64,000 nucleotides of DNA. Source: a virus. Shown one piece after another: positions 16,966 to 26,691 of this stretch; within the stretch, counting starts at the first letter, position 1, and every line of letters begins with the position of its first letter. The position numbers and the translations under genes were made by a program. Location of the stretch: positions 32,001 through 96,000 of the IMG/VR virus record IMGVR_UViG_3300025141_014429; one strand, given 5' to 3'. The notes under the pieces are model-generated. The model was not told where the DNA came from. It worked only from the letters and a program-made list of their open reading frames with translations, and did not search any database.

Positions 16966-17672
16966 TGACACCTAATAAAGTAATTTTCATAACGCCAATG
17001 TACAACTCAGAAGAGTACTTACCAGAATTAGTGTCGTCAATTATATCTCAAAAAAATCAAAATTGGGAACATATAATAGTTGATGACATGTCATCTGATG
17101 AGAGTTATGAAAAAGCTTTAGAATTAACCAAAGAATATTCTAGATTTAAAGTAATAAAAAGTAATGAAAAGAAATATCCGATTAGAATTACTATTGAAGA
17201 AAGTAAAAAATATCAAGATGAAAATGTAATAATAGCGATGATTGATTCTGACGACGCACTAATGAATAATAATACAGTAGATATTATATTAAATCATTAT
17301 AGTGATGAAGAATTAGATACAGCTTGGACTGCACATTACTGGGATGTTCACGGCATGAATATATCAGGAGATTTATATCCTGATGAAGATCCTTACGAAG
17401 TAGATTGGACAACATCACACCTTAAAACTTTTAGATCATCCATTGTCAAAAATTTAAGTAATAAAAACTTTAAAGATGATCAAGGTAAATGGTTTAAATC
17501 TGCTTCTGACCAGGTAGTGTACTTACCGCTTTTGTACATTAGTAGGAAGCGAAAATTCATAAGCGATATCTGTTACCTGTATAGGGTTAATTTAAAAGGT
17601 GAGACTAATACAAATACGCATAATCAACAATCTACTGTTGATTTTATTAGAAAGCGAGGTTTTATAAAATGA
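16965..17672 (+). CDS. Glycosyltransferase family 2
   Basis: FITPMYNSEEYL..LVSSI..Q..NWEHIIVDDMSSD and IDSDD (DxD). Confidence 0.85.
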   Translation: MTPNKVIFITPMYNSEEYLPELVSSIISQKNQNWEHIIVDDMSSDESYEKALELTKEYSRFKVIKSNEKKYPIRITIEESKKYQDENVIIAMIDSDDALMNNNTVDIILNHYSDEELDTAWTAHYWDVHGMNISGDLYPDEDPYEVDWTTSHLKTFRSSIVKNLSNKNFKDDQGKWFKSASDQVVYLPLLYISRKRKFISDICYLYRVNLKGETNTNTHNQQSTVDFIRKRGFIK

Positions 17673-18037
17673 AAGATAATGTAAAGCATATAAGTGAGTG
17701 TAAAAAAACTGACAAACCTTGGGGTTATGAAGTACTATGGGCTCAGACAGATGAATATGTTGCAAAATTAATGCAAATTAGAGCCGGTCATAGAATGAGT
17801 CTACAATATCACGAAAAGAAAGAAGAGACTTTATACGTAATGTCTGGATTGTTAATTGTTTGGCAAAGTGAAGATGATGAAAAATGGATTGCACTCCGCC
17901 CCGGTGACATATATCACGTCAAACCCGGTCAAATTCATAGGTTTGGTGCAGACGCTACTGGTGATACAATGCTAATGGAAGTCAGTACAAATTTTTTAGA
18001 TGATGTTTTTAGAATAAAGGATGATTATGAAAGATAA
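17669..18037 (+). CDS. Cupin protein (mannose-6-phosphate isomerase C-terminal type)
   Basis: KPWGYE, SLQYHEKKEETLYV.SG and G.IHR are cupin motifs typical of type II PMI domains. Confidence 0.8.
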   Translation: MKDNVKHISECKKTDKPWGYEVLWAQTDEYVAKLMQIRAGHRMSLQYHEKKEETLYVMSGLLIVWQSEDDEKWIALRPGDIYHVKPGQIHRFGADATGDTMLMEVSTNFLDDVFRIKDDYER

Positions 18038-18854
18038 AAATGAAAGATATTTTAAGGTAGGCAAGGTAAATATTGATTTAGATAATTTCTTTAAGACTGA
18101 CTGGGATCAGGTTAAAGTTAATGCATTGATTGACTTATTATACTTTCCTTTAAGAATATTAAATTCTTTGGAAGGAGTTGAGATAGACAAAGAGTCTAAT
18201 CAAAAAATATATCAAATATTTGAAAGAGAGATTAATCATAAATCATATTATGAACTTTCACAAAGCTGGAAAGCTTTGTTTGGAGAGGGTTCTTTTTTAC
18301 CTTATCATTTAGACGGCTGTATTTTAGATGGTGATGAAGAATCTTTTGACATTCCTGTTTTTGAGCATATTTTAAAAAATAACGATATCAAATCTATTAT
18401 TGATGTAGGCTGTGGCTCCGGACATGTAACAAATTATTTCAAAGAAAAAGGTAAAATATGCACTGGCGTTGATGGCTCACCAAGAGCAATAAAATATGCC
18501 AGGAATAAATTTAAAAACATAGAATTTATAGAACATGACTTTGCAAAAGGTAAAAACAATATTGTAATTAGTCATGATATAGCAATATCAATAGAATTTT
18601 TAGAGCATGTCGAAGAAAAGTACCAAGAAAATTATATGAATATATTCGAAAAATCAAAAAAGTGTTATGTTACTTTTGCTCCGGAAGGACAACCCGGTTA
18701 TCATCATGTCAATTGCAGAAATCAAGAATACTGGATTAATGTATTTGACAAATATAATTTTGATTTTTGCGAAGAAGAAACTGACTTAGTTAGATCTATT
18801 GCTAGCGGCTACTATTTTAAGAATAATGGTTTAGTTTTTAAAAAAAGAGAATAA
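18027..18854 (+). CDS. Class I SAM-dependent methyltransferase
   Basis: IIDVGCGSG, GVDGS and SIEFLEHVEE. The second ATG (18027) is better spaced from AAGG. Confidence 0.8.
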   Translation: MKDKNERYFKVGKVNIDLDNFFKTDWDQVKVNALIDLLYFPLRILNSLEGVEIDKESNQKIYQIFEREINHKSYYELSQSWKALFGEGSFLPYHLDGCILDGDEESFDIPVFEHILKNNDIKSIIDVGCGSGHVTNYFKEKGKICTGVDGSPRAIKYARNKFKNIEFIEHDFAKGKNNIVISHDIAISIEFLEHVEEKYQENYMNIFEKSKKCYVTFAPEGQPGYHHVNCRNQEYWINVFDKYNFDFCEEETDLVRSIASGYYFKNNGLVFKKRE

Positions 18855-18857
18855 CAA

Positions 18858-19703
18858 ATGAAAATTGTTACTAATGATTATCGCTGCGGAACTAGTTCTT
18901 CTATACTGGACTATAATATAGTAGATGTAGTAATTGTTTCTGAAGAAAATTACGATCATGTATATGATATAGAAGATGATCTTTTTTTTGTAGGGCATGA
19001 TTTTTTATTCTACTTGTGGGACACAGAAGAAAAGGTGCAAAAATGGATATCACACAAGCACAGAAAAGCAGTTTGGTGCTTTGAAAGAATTGATGCAATA
19101 GTACCACAGTGGAAAGCAAAATCTGAATACAGTATATCCCTTCTTAAGCGGTTTGTAGACCAAATATACGTTTGTGACGAAGATGATGCAAATACTTATG
19201 GAGACTGGTTTCCACAGTGGGCCAGTAGAAAGTTTTTTGATAACAGAGATAAAAAGATAAACAATGATAAAATACTATTTTCCGGACAAGCAGGTAAACC
19301 TGAGTATGCATCAAGGAATAAACTTTTAAACGATATCATTGCAGACCGAGATCTCAAAAACAAAATTAATATTACTAATTTTTCTAGAGACTATTCTTGG
19401 GATGATTATTGCAATAATTTACTTTCTTATGAAAAAATATTAAATCCCGTAGGGATTCTAAGAGGTTTTAATACTAGAACTTACGAAGTATTATATTCAG
19501 GAAGACTTTTACTACAACAAACCTATGGTAATTACGCTAAGCATTCTAGCATAGTTGAATCATGTCCAAATGTTGTTTTGTTCCAAACTTTACCTGAATT
19601 AAAATCAAAAATTAAATTATTAAAAACTGAAGATAGTACAAAATTTTTTGAAAATAACAACATATATGCACGCTTCAAGTCTATAGGGTGTGAAATAAAA
19701 TAA
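18858..19703 (+). CDS. GT-B-fold glycosyltransferase (CgeB/Glyco_trans_1_2-like)
   Basis: ILFSGQAG...SR..LL and LNP...RGFNTRTYEVLYSGRLLL resemble the CgeB-like N.R.FE...G.lll motif. Confidence 0.55.
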   Translation: MKIVTNDYRCGTSSSILDYNIVDVVIVSEENYDHVYDIEDDLFFVGHDFLFYLWDTEEKVQKWISHKHRKAVWCFERIDAIVPQWKAKSEYSISLLKRFVDQIYVCDEDDANTYGDWFPQWASRKFFDNRDKKINNDKILFSGQAGKPEYASRNKLLNDIIADRDLKNKINITNFSRDYSWDDYCNNLLSYEKILNPVGILRGFNTRTYEVLYSGRLLLQQTYGNYAKHSSIVESCPNVVLFQTLPELKSKIKLLKTEDSTKFFENNNIYARFKSIGCEIK

Positions 19704-19712
19704 GAGAAAATA

Positions 19713-20630
19713 ATGCAAATTACAGAGCAACAACTCAAAGATCAGTGGAAAAATTTATGTACAAACTTTCCACTAGTTTGTGGAATAAACACATACAATA
19801 ATGAGCTAACTATATATGCTTGTTTACAGCAAGCAGTTAAAAACTTTCACAAAGTAATAGTATTTGATGACGGTAGTACAGATAGAACTTTTACGTTTAT
19901 AAATAAATTTATTGAAGATTTTGAGCCTAAAAATTTAATAGTAATGTCTGTTGATCATATAGATCCCTGGCCTGATCAAAAAATTGAAAAAGATCATGGT
20001 CCTGATGAGGGTGTTCTTATGAAGAAGACTCATGCAAAATCAAAGGCAAAAGCTCATAGCATAATAAAACAAAATTTTCCTAATGCTTTGTATATTTCTT
20101 TAGAGTCAGATGTTATTTGTAATGACAACATAACAAGTAGAATCTATGATAGAATATCTAAGTGGGACGATCCCTTAAGGGATGTTGAATTTTTTAATGT
20201 TATGATGGCAATTGATAGAGAGTATTTTAGAGCAATATCATCATCAGAAGAAAAATGGATACCGTTAAAAGGTATAAAGCAAAGAGGCCCTTGTGACCAT
20301 CCAGGAGACTGGACACTCGCTTGTTTTTGGAATGGAGGTATAACTAGCATACAACCTGATCCAAGTTTTCCTTACGGTGCATGTACATTTCCGTGGTCAG
20401 CAAAAAATCAAACACAGAAAAAAGGACAGGACACAGATAATCCTTATGGTTTCCACATGTACAATTATAATAACAAATGTCTAGATGCAGATGTATCTAA
20501 GTCTTTAAAATTTACTTATAAAGAACTTAATGATCCTTTTATAGATATAAATACTTTAAAAAATGTTTGGTTTCCTAAAGAGTTGAAAATAAATAAAGAA
20601 GGAAAAAGATATGTGGAGGTTTTGCAATGA
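19713..20630 (+). CDS. GT2-like glycosyltransferase
   Basis: GINTYNNE...VIVFDDGSTD nucleotide-binding motif, with a possible acidic metal motif in ESD. Confidence 0.6.
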   Translation: MQITEQQLKDQWKNLCTNFPLVCGINTYNNELTIYACLQQAVKNFHKVIVFDDGSTDRTFTFINKFIEDFEPKNLIVMSVDHIDPWPDQKIEKDHGPDEGVLMKKTHAKSKAKAHSIIKQNFPNALYISLESDVICNDNITSRIYDRISKWDDPLRDVEFFNVMMAIDREYFRAISSSEEKWIPLKGIKQRGPCDHPGDWTLACFWNGGITSIQPDPSFPYGACTFPWSAKNQTQKKGQDTDNPYGFHMYNYNNKCLDADVSKSLKFTYKELNDPFIDINTLKNVWFPKELKINKEGKRYVEVLQ

Positions 20631-21523
20631 GGTATGTTGTAACAGGAGGAAGGGGTTTTATAGGATCACATTTTGTTGAAAAATTGCTCAAATTAGGACA
20701 CAGTGTAGTTGATATAGATAAAATGACTTATGCTGCTTCTAAAGAATTACCTTGGGACGATCATTCAAATTATACACATCTTAAAGAAGATATATGTAGT
20801 ATTAATCACATACCTCCATGTGATTATTTAGTTAATTTTGCTGCAGAGTCTCACGTTGATAATTCAATACATGAATCAAAAACATTTTTAAAAAGTAATA
20901 CAGAAGGTGTACACAATATACTGGAGTTACTAAGAGGAAAAGTATATGAAAGACCTCTTTTCATTCATATAAGCACAGACGAAGTCTATGGTGATACAAT
21001 CAGTGGAACTTTTAAAGAAAGTGATGTTTTAAACCCGAGCAATCCTTACGCTGCCTCAAAGGCAGCTGCAGAAATGTTTGTTCTTTCTCATGGTAGAACT
21101 TATGGAATAGATTATATTATCACTAGATCTGGCAACAATTATGGTGAGAGGCAATATATTGAAAAATTAATAGCAAATACAATCGACTGTATGAAACTAG
21201 GCAGAAAAATACCTATTCATGGTGATGGTATGTATATTAGAGATTGGATATACGTCAAGGATAATGTAGATGCTATACTAAAAATAATAGAGTCTGGCCA
21301 AAAAAATCAAACATTTAATATTGCTTCTCACAATGAAATGACCAATTTAGAAGTTGTAAGAACAGTTGTTTCTTGGTTTACTGATAAAGACTACAAAGAG
21401 TTTATCAACTTTGTCCCAAATAGATTAGGTCAAGATGTTAGATATTCAATATGCAATAAAAAAGTTAAAAAATTAGGTTGGATACCGAAGCACACAAAAG
21501 GAATAAAGAGGTTTATAAAATGA
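20627..21523 (+). CDS. rmlB: dTDP-glucose 4,6-dehydratase
   Basis: VTGGRGFIGSHF, FAAESHVD, ISTDEVYG, PYAASKAA and NNYGERQ..EKLI. Confidence 0.92.
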   Translation: MRYVVTGGRGFIGSHFVEKLLKLGHSVVDIDKMTYAASKELPWDDHSNYTHLKEDICSINHIPPCDYLVNFAAESHVDNSIHESKTFLKSNTEGVHNILELLRGKVYERPLFIHISTDEVYGDTISGTFKESDVLNPSNPYAASKAAAEMFVLSHGRTYGIDYIITRSGNNYGERQYIEKLIANTIDCMKLGRKIPIHGDGMYIRDWIYVKDNVDAILKIIESGQKNQTFNIASHNEMTNLEVVRTVVSWFTDKDYKEFINFVPNRLGQDVRYSICNKKVKKLGWIPKHTKGIKRFIK

Positions 21524-22470
21524 GAAATTTAGTAACAATATCAGATAAAAAGTATCTAGAAAAAGGAATAACATTATTTGAGTCGTTAATGAATACACAG
21601 TCAGAAAAAAGTTTTACTTTATTTTATATTTGCTTAGATGATCAAACATTTAAAAAGATTGAAGAAATTTCTAAAAATAATAGTCATGTCAAACCAATTC
21701 ACATTAATAGTGTAGAAAATGATAATTTTGAATTGAAAGCACATAGAAAGTGTACTCCTTCTAATGAGGCAATTTCTAATGGAAACGCACAGGGAAGAGA
21801 CCCAAGTTATATACAGTTTTGCTGGTCCCTATCTGCATATATGTGTCATTATTTTTTAAATAGAGTAGGATTGGATAACATTTACTACCTAGATGCTGAT
21901 TTGTTTTTCTATGAAGACTTGAAAATTTTTGATGATGAGTTAGATAATAGAAGCATCGGTATTGTACGACACAGAATAGATTATCTACCGGGAAGTGGCG
22001 AATATAATGTCGGCATAGTATATTTTAAAAATGATTATCAAGGTAAGCAATGTTCGCTATGGTGGAAAAAACAACTTTTCAAAGATCCTAATAGCAATCC
22101 ATATTATGCTTGGTATGGGCAATGTGGCGATCAAAAATACTTAGAACTTTTTCCAAAGATCTTTGGAGATTCTGTTGCAATTATTGACAAAGATATTGGG
22201 CATTTAGCGCCTTGGAATGCTACTTTTCATGAATACAAAGATGGTAAAGTGATTTGGGAAGGCAGAAAACAGACTTTACTATACTTTCATTTTGCACATT
22301 TTAAAAGAGATCAAAAGACAAATAATTACAAAACCTCTTATAATAATGAGTGGATATGGGGTGCACCAGAACTTTATCATAGTTTTGTAAAAGACAAATA
22401 TGATGATTATTATTTAAAGACAAAAGATGCAATCGAAAAATACAAAATAACGGAAATAGATAATGAGTAA
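21520..22470 (+). CDS. GT-A glycosyltransferase (GT8-like)
   Basis: YYLDADLFF (DxD), YNVGIVYF, DQKYLE, APWN and FHFAH. Start placed at ATG 21520 (ATGA overlap with the rmlB stop). Confidence 0.7.
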   Translation: MRNLVTISDKKYLEKGITLFESLMNTQSEKSFTLFYICLDDQTFKKIEEISKNNSHVKPIHINSVENDNFELKAHRKCTPSNEAISNGNAQGRDPSYIQFCWSLSAYMCHYFLNRVGLDNIYYLDADLFFYEDLKIFDDELDNRSIGIVRHRIDYLPGSGEYNVGIVYFKNDYQGKQCSLWWKKQLFKDPNSNPYYAWYGQCGDQKYLELFPKIFGDSVAIIDKDIGHLAPWNATFHEYKDGKVIWEGRKQTLLYFHFAHFKRDQKTNNYKTSYNNEWIWGAPELYHSFVKDKYDDYYLKTKDAIEKYKITEIDNE

Positions 22471-23974
22471 TTTAAAGAGTAAAATAGCATTTGGAATGAT
22501 AGTTTTTGAAGGCGATTATGTTTTAGAGGCAAGTTTAGAATCAGTTTACCCTTATGCTTCACAAATTTTAATTGCTGAAGGACCGGTCAAATTTTGGCAA
22601 GACAAAGGAAGAGTCACATCAAAAGACAACACTAATAGTATTATTGATAACTTCCCGGATCCTGAGAATAAAATAACAATAGTTCATGGTCAATTTTCTG
22701 AAAAAGACGAACAGTGTTCTGCTTATATGAAATATCTCAAAGACGATATTGACTTTGTTTGGAATCTAGATTCTGATGAAGTATTTAAAGGTGAAGATAT
22801 TGAAAATTTAATAAAAATAATGGAAGACAACAACTATACTAGCGCTGATTTAAAAAGCTGCAGTTTTTTTGGAGGATTCGACAGGTACATCGGAGGCTTT
22901 GAAGAAAAGAAAGGAAACTTTCATAGAGTGTTTAAAGTTTATCCAGGATCTACTTGGCTGACTCATAGACCTCCAACAATAATTCATAAAAAAGAATATG
23001 ATCATATACCTAAAAAGCACATTGATGGCGATACACTATGGTTTAAACATAACATTCGAATGTATCACTATTCCTATGTTTTTCCAAATCAAGTAAAAAA
23101 TAAAATTGAGTACTATGAAGCAAAAGTTAGTAAAGAAAACTGTTTTAAAAATTATTATGAAACAATCTATAAACCATGGGTGACTTCAAGCAGTGAAGAT
23201 GAAAAATTTAAAATAGAATCAATTAACAGTGGCGTTCATGAATTTATTAAAAGTGTAAGAACACACGCTTATACAAAGAAATTTTTAGGTTCTCACCCAG
23301 ACGTAATAAACAAAAGAATTAAAAACTACAAGGAAAGAATCATGAGAGAAATTAAAAAAGATAATGAAAATCAATGCTGGGACAATCCAAACATATACAA
23401 ACATATGCTAGATGGAGCTAAAGGTAAGATTTTTGCCAAACTAGAGCATTCAGATCACTGGCCTCATCTTAAGAGTCTACTAGACATAAGCAGTAAATCA
23501 GGTTCTAAAAAATTATGTGATTTAGGTTGTGGGGCAGCTGCACTAGGTGAAATTTATAAAGATATGGAGTATACGGGCAGTGATTTAGATAATGTCATAG
23601 AAAATGTTGCTCAAAAATTTTATCCAGAAGGTAATTTTATAAAGTCAGATATTAAAAGATCAAATTTGCAATTTTTAAATAATTTTGACTGTATTTTGCT
23701 TAATGGGCTTATAGAAGTTGTTGAAAATCCTATTGAGTGTTTGGATAAAATATTAAAAAATGCAAAACATCAAGTAATTATTCATCGTCAATGCATTGGT
23801 AACGAAACTAAATCTTGGCTCATCCCTTCTTACGGAGGAATGGACTCTTATAGAAGTCAATTCTCTGAAAATGACATTAACAATCTATTGTCTAAGCATA
23901 ACTTTAAACTAATTAAACTAATTCATATACAGCAACTTGATCAGTATAGTTTTTTAATTGAGAAAAATAAATGA
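22463..23974 (+). CDS. GT2-like glycosyltransferase fused to a C-terminal SAM-dependent methyltransferase
   Basis: N-terminal FGMIVFE...LESVY...IAEG and WNLDSDEV. C-terminal LCDLGCGAA, YTGSD and L..LIEVVENP. Confidence 0.75.
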   Translation: MSNLKSKIAFGMIVFEGDYVLEASLESVYPYASQILIAEGPVKFWQDKGRVTSKDNTNSIIDNFPDPENKITIVHGQFSEKDEQCSAYMKYLKDDIDFVWNLDSDEVFKGEDIENLIKIMEDNNYTSADLKSCSFFGGFDRYIGGFEEKKGNFHRVFKVYPGSTWLTHRPPTIIHKKEYDHIPKKHIDGDTLWFKHNIRMYHYSYVFPNQVKNKIEYYEAKVSKENCFKNYYETIYKPWVTSSSEDEKFKIESINSGVHEFIKSVRTHAYTKKFLGSHPDVINKRIKNYKERIMREIKKDNENQCWDNPNIYKHMLDGAKGKIFAKLEHSDHWPHLKSLLDISSKSGSKKLCDLGCGAAALGEIYKDMEYTGSDLDNVIENVAQKFYPEGNFIKSDIKRSNLQFLNNFDCILLNGLIEVVENPIECLDKILKNAKHQVIIHRQCIGNETKSWLIPSYGGMDSYRSQFSENDINNLLSKHNFKLIKLIHIQQLDQYSFLIEKNK

Positions 23975-25008
23975 AATTTTTAGATACAACTTCTGAATAT
24001 ATTTTTTTTAAAAAAGAGATAGACAGTATTGTCAATAAAACTGCAATGAGTGGGAAATACTTATTAGGAGACAATACAAAAAGTTTGGAAAGCAAATTTA
24101 ATCTAATAGTAGGGAATGAATATAGTAACGTAGCAGTTAAAAACTGTACAGATGCAATTACTATGATTGTAAAGAAAATATGGCGTCCTAATATGCCAAT
24201 TATTTTGCCAAATTTTGGAGCTTACCCTACAAGCGTAGCAGTTCATGCAATAACTAAAAATGTTCATTATGTTGATGTTGATAAAACTTTTACTATTGAT
24301 GCTGATAAGCTTCCAGACATTAAAAACGGAATTATAATACCTGTTCACTTATTTGGGAATAACTGTGACATGAAAAAAATTATGGATTACGCAAAGTCTA
24401 ATAATCACATTGTCATAGAAGACTGTGCTCAATCAACTGGATCTGGTACTGGAAATTTTGGGCACTACAGCGTTTTTAGCTTTTATCCAACAAAACCCTT
24501 AGCGTCGATGGGTGATGGAGGAATGATATGTACAAGAATGGGTGACGAAGAATATTTTAGAAAATTTAGATTCTATGGGCAACTAGGAAGAAATATGGAG
24601 TTTGTTGGTATTAACTCTAGAATTGATGAATTCCAAGCAGGTATTGTTCTTTCAAAATTAAGTAAATTTCATGAACTTAATGAAAAAAGAAAAGAAATAG
24701 CTTGCAGATATTCTGAGTTTGTTGTAGGCATGAAACCTAGAGGAAACTGTGTATATCACCAGTTTCCATTGCTTTTTAAAAATAGAGAAAAAGTAATTAA
24801 TTTGATGAAAAATCTTAAAATTCCTTTTATAATTCACTATGAAAAACACGTAACAGACTTTAAATTTTTAAACGATCTAAATTATAAAGCAAATTTTAGA
24901 GTATCTGATAAAATATTATCAATACCAGTGCATCCTTTTATGAGGGAGGATGAAATCAAAATAGTATGTGAATTCTTAAAAGAAGTAGGTAAATATGAAA
25001 TTAAGTAG
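23971..25008 (+). CDS. DegT/DnrJ/EryC1/StrS PLP-dependent sugar aminotransferase (FdtB-like)
   Basis: NCTDAI, PVHLFG, IEDCAQS, SFYPTKPL..MGDGG (Schiff-base Lys) and NSRIDEFQA. Confidence 0.92.
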   Translation: MKFLDTTSEYIFFKKEIDSIVNKTAMSGKYLLGDNTKSLESKFNLIVGNEYSNVAVKNCTDAITMIVKKIWRPNMPIILPNFGAYPTSVAVHAITKNVHYVDVDKTFTIDADKLPDIKNGIIIPVHLFGNNCDMKKIMDYAKSNNHIVIEDCAQSTGSGTGNFGHYSVFSFYPTKPLASMGDGGMICTRMGDEEYFRKFRFYGQLGRNMEFVGINSRIDEFQAGIVLSKLSKFHELNEKRKEIACRYSEFVVGMKPRGNCVYHQFPLLFKNREKVINLMKNLKIPFIIHYEKHVTDFKFLNDLNYKANFRVSDKILSIPVHPFMREDEIKIVCEFLKEVGKYEIK

Positions 25009-25381
25009 TAAACTAGTGTCTGGAGAAAGAGGTGATCTTAATGAATTTAGTTTTGATAAAATAGATATTAAAAGAATATTTGTTGTTTCTAATGTTCCTG
25101 ACGGATCGATAAGAGGATATCATGCCCATAAAAATACAAGACAGTATCTTTGTTGTATAGCAGGCAAGTTAGAAATTGTTTTAGACAATGGAAATGAAAG
25201 AACTAAATATTTTTTAGAAAAGTCTGACTACATATATCAAGATTCTCTAATTTGGTCAGAAATAAAGTTTATTGATAAAGAATCAAAACTGCTTGTTGCC
25301 AGCGCTACCCGTCATAACGAAAGCGACTATATAAGAGACTATAAAGAATTTACTCTTCTAACGAAAGGACAAAACAAGTGA
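24995..25381 (+). CDS. fdtA: dTDP-6-deoxy-3,4-keto-hexulose isomerase (FdtA/QdtA-like)
   Basis: RGDL, KRIF, RGYHAHK, Q.LCC..G and YIRDY.EF are FdtA cupin signatures. Confidence 0.85.
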   Translation: MKLSSKLVSGERGDLNEFSFDKIDIKRIFVVSNVPDGSIRGYHAHKNTRQYLCCIAGKLEIVLDNGNERTKYFLEKSDYIYQDSLIWSEIKFIDKESKLLVASATRHNESDYIRDYKEFTLLTKGQNK

Positions 25382-26160
25382 ACAAAGATAAGGTACTTAT
25401 TATAGGAAATAAGCCATATAAAAATCTAAGCATAGGAAAGTTAATTGATAATTTTCAAAACAATGTAAGATGTAATTTTTCTATACCTTTGCCAGAATTT
25501 AATAATGGGGCAATTTACGACGAGTTAGCCTTGTGCAATCATCAATGGAGTAATCTAGTACAAAAAAATCTTTCCTTAGACGACATTATTAAAATTTATC
25601 GAGATGCATATAGTGTCGAATATATGCAGAAGTACTATAGTTTATATAAAAAAAGTCTGAAAAATTATAAAAGGGTATGGTATGCGAAAGAAGATACTAG
25701 AAATTTTAACATAGGGTTGTCAATAATTGGTTGCCCGTATACACTTAATGCAATACCTAGAACGGGATATACAGCAATGTTGCAAAAAATTCTAGAAGGC
25801 AAAGATGTATTCGTAACTAATTTTAGTATCCAAAAAGAAGTTCGTTATACGTCATATGTATGCAAAGAATATGCTTTAAAAATATATGAAAGCGAAAAAA
25901 ATAAAAAGCAAGGAAAAAAAGAGTCTGTTCCAACTTGTCATGATTCTGAAACAGATGTGAAAATTTTGAGATGGCTTCATGACAATAAAATAATTGATGC
26001 ATCTTTATGTTTTTTACAAGATGTTGATGATAAAAATTTTCTCTTAGATTTTGAGTCAGAAAAATTAATAGTATCAGACTTCATTAGAGAATTAATCTAC
26101 AAATTCAAAAGAAATAAAGAAAAAATATTAAAAATGAAAACTTTTAATCAGAAAGAATAA
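25378..26160 (+). CDS. GT29 (sialyltransferase)-like glycosyltransferase
   Basis: Sialylmotif-L-like VLIIGN...IGKLIDNF..NVRCN, motif-S-like PRTGYTAM...VFVTNF and motif-VS-like HDSETD. GTG start coupled to fdtA. Confidence 0.65.
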   Translation: MNKDKVLIIGNKPYKNLSIGKLIDNFQNNVRCNFSIPLPEFNNGAIYDELALCNHQWSNLVQKNLSLDDIIKIYRDAYSVEYMQKYYSLYKKSLKNYKRVWYAKEDTRNFNIGLSIIGCPYTLNAIPRTGYTAMLQKILEGKDVFVTNFSIQKEVRYTSYVCKEYALKIYESEKNKKQGKKESVPTCHDSETDVKILRWLHDNKIIDASLCFLQDVDDKNFLLDFESEKLIVSDFIRELIYKFKRNKEKILKMKTFNQKE

Positions 26161-26171
26161 GCTTATTCTTT
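26152..26171. repeat. Perfect 20-bp palindrome (operator or hairpin candidate)
   Basis: AAAGAATAAGCTTATTCTTT equals its reverse complement. It spans the GT29 stop codon and abuts the -35 box. Confidence 0.8.
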
Positions 26172-26198
26172 GTAAATTAAAAATAATATATGTATAAT
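26170..26198 (+). promoter_or_regulatory. Sigma70-like (early/middle) promoter
   Basis: TTGTAA-N17-TATAAT, 31 nt upstream of the yjbQ start. Confidence 0.6.
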
Positions 26199-26229
26199 AA
26201 CAACAAATATTAAATATTGGATTGCAAAA

Positions 26230-26691
26230 GTGACTATAAAAAGAAAAATATTAAAAATGAAAACTGGCAAATTATTTACAAATATCACAAAAGAAGTTGT
26301 TGAATTTTGCAATATTCAAGAAGTAAAAGAAGGAATAATTTGTATATTCTCAAAACATACAACATGTTGTGTTAAAATATTAGAAGATGAATTATTTCAC
26401 AAAGCTGATGTTAGGTTTTTTCTTGATAAAATAGCACCAAAGTGGAAAGAACCAGAAGGTGATCACAAAAATATAAAATATCTTCACGATCTTATATCAT
26501 TAAGAGAAGATTGTCCTTTAGATGAGCCAATAAATGGTCATAGTCACATAAGAAGTTTATTTTTTAATTCTTCTGAAACAATACCTGTAATTGATGGATC
26601 ACCCATACTAGGGAAATGGCAAAGTATTTTCGTAGTTGAGCTAGATCCGACTAGAGACAGGGAAATATCTTTAACATTTTTAGAAGGGTAA
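26230..26691 (+). CDS. yjbQ: YjbQ/UPF0047 family protein
   Basis: NIT.EV, HTTCCVKILE, NGHSHIRS and LGKWQSIFVVELD are YjbQ signatures. Confidence 0.85.
   Translation: MTIKRKILKMKTGKLFTNITKEVVEFCNIQEVKEGIICIFSKHTTCCVKILEDELFHKADVRFFLDKIAPKWKEPEGDHKNIKYLHDLISLREDCPLDEPINGHSHIRSLFFNSSETIPVIDGSPILGKWQSIFVVELDPTRDREISLTFLEG

Larger units (their letters stand above)
26121..26265 (+). repeat. Perfect 22-bp direct repeat pair (26121-26142 and 26244-26265)
   Basis: AAAAATATTAAAAATGAAAACT occurs twice, 123 bp apart. Both copies encode KILKMKT in their respective genes. Confidence 0.85.
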
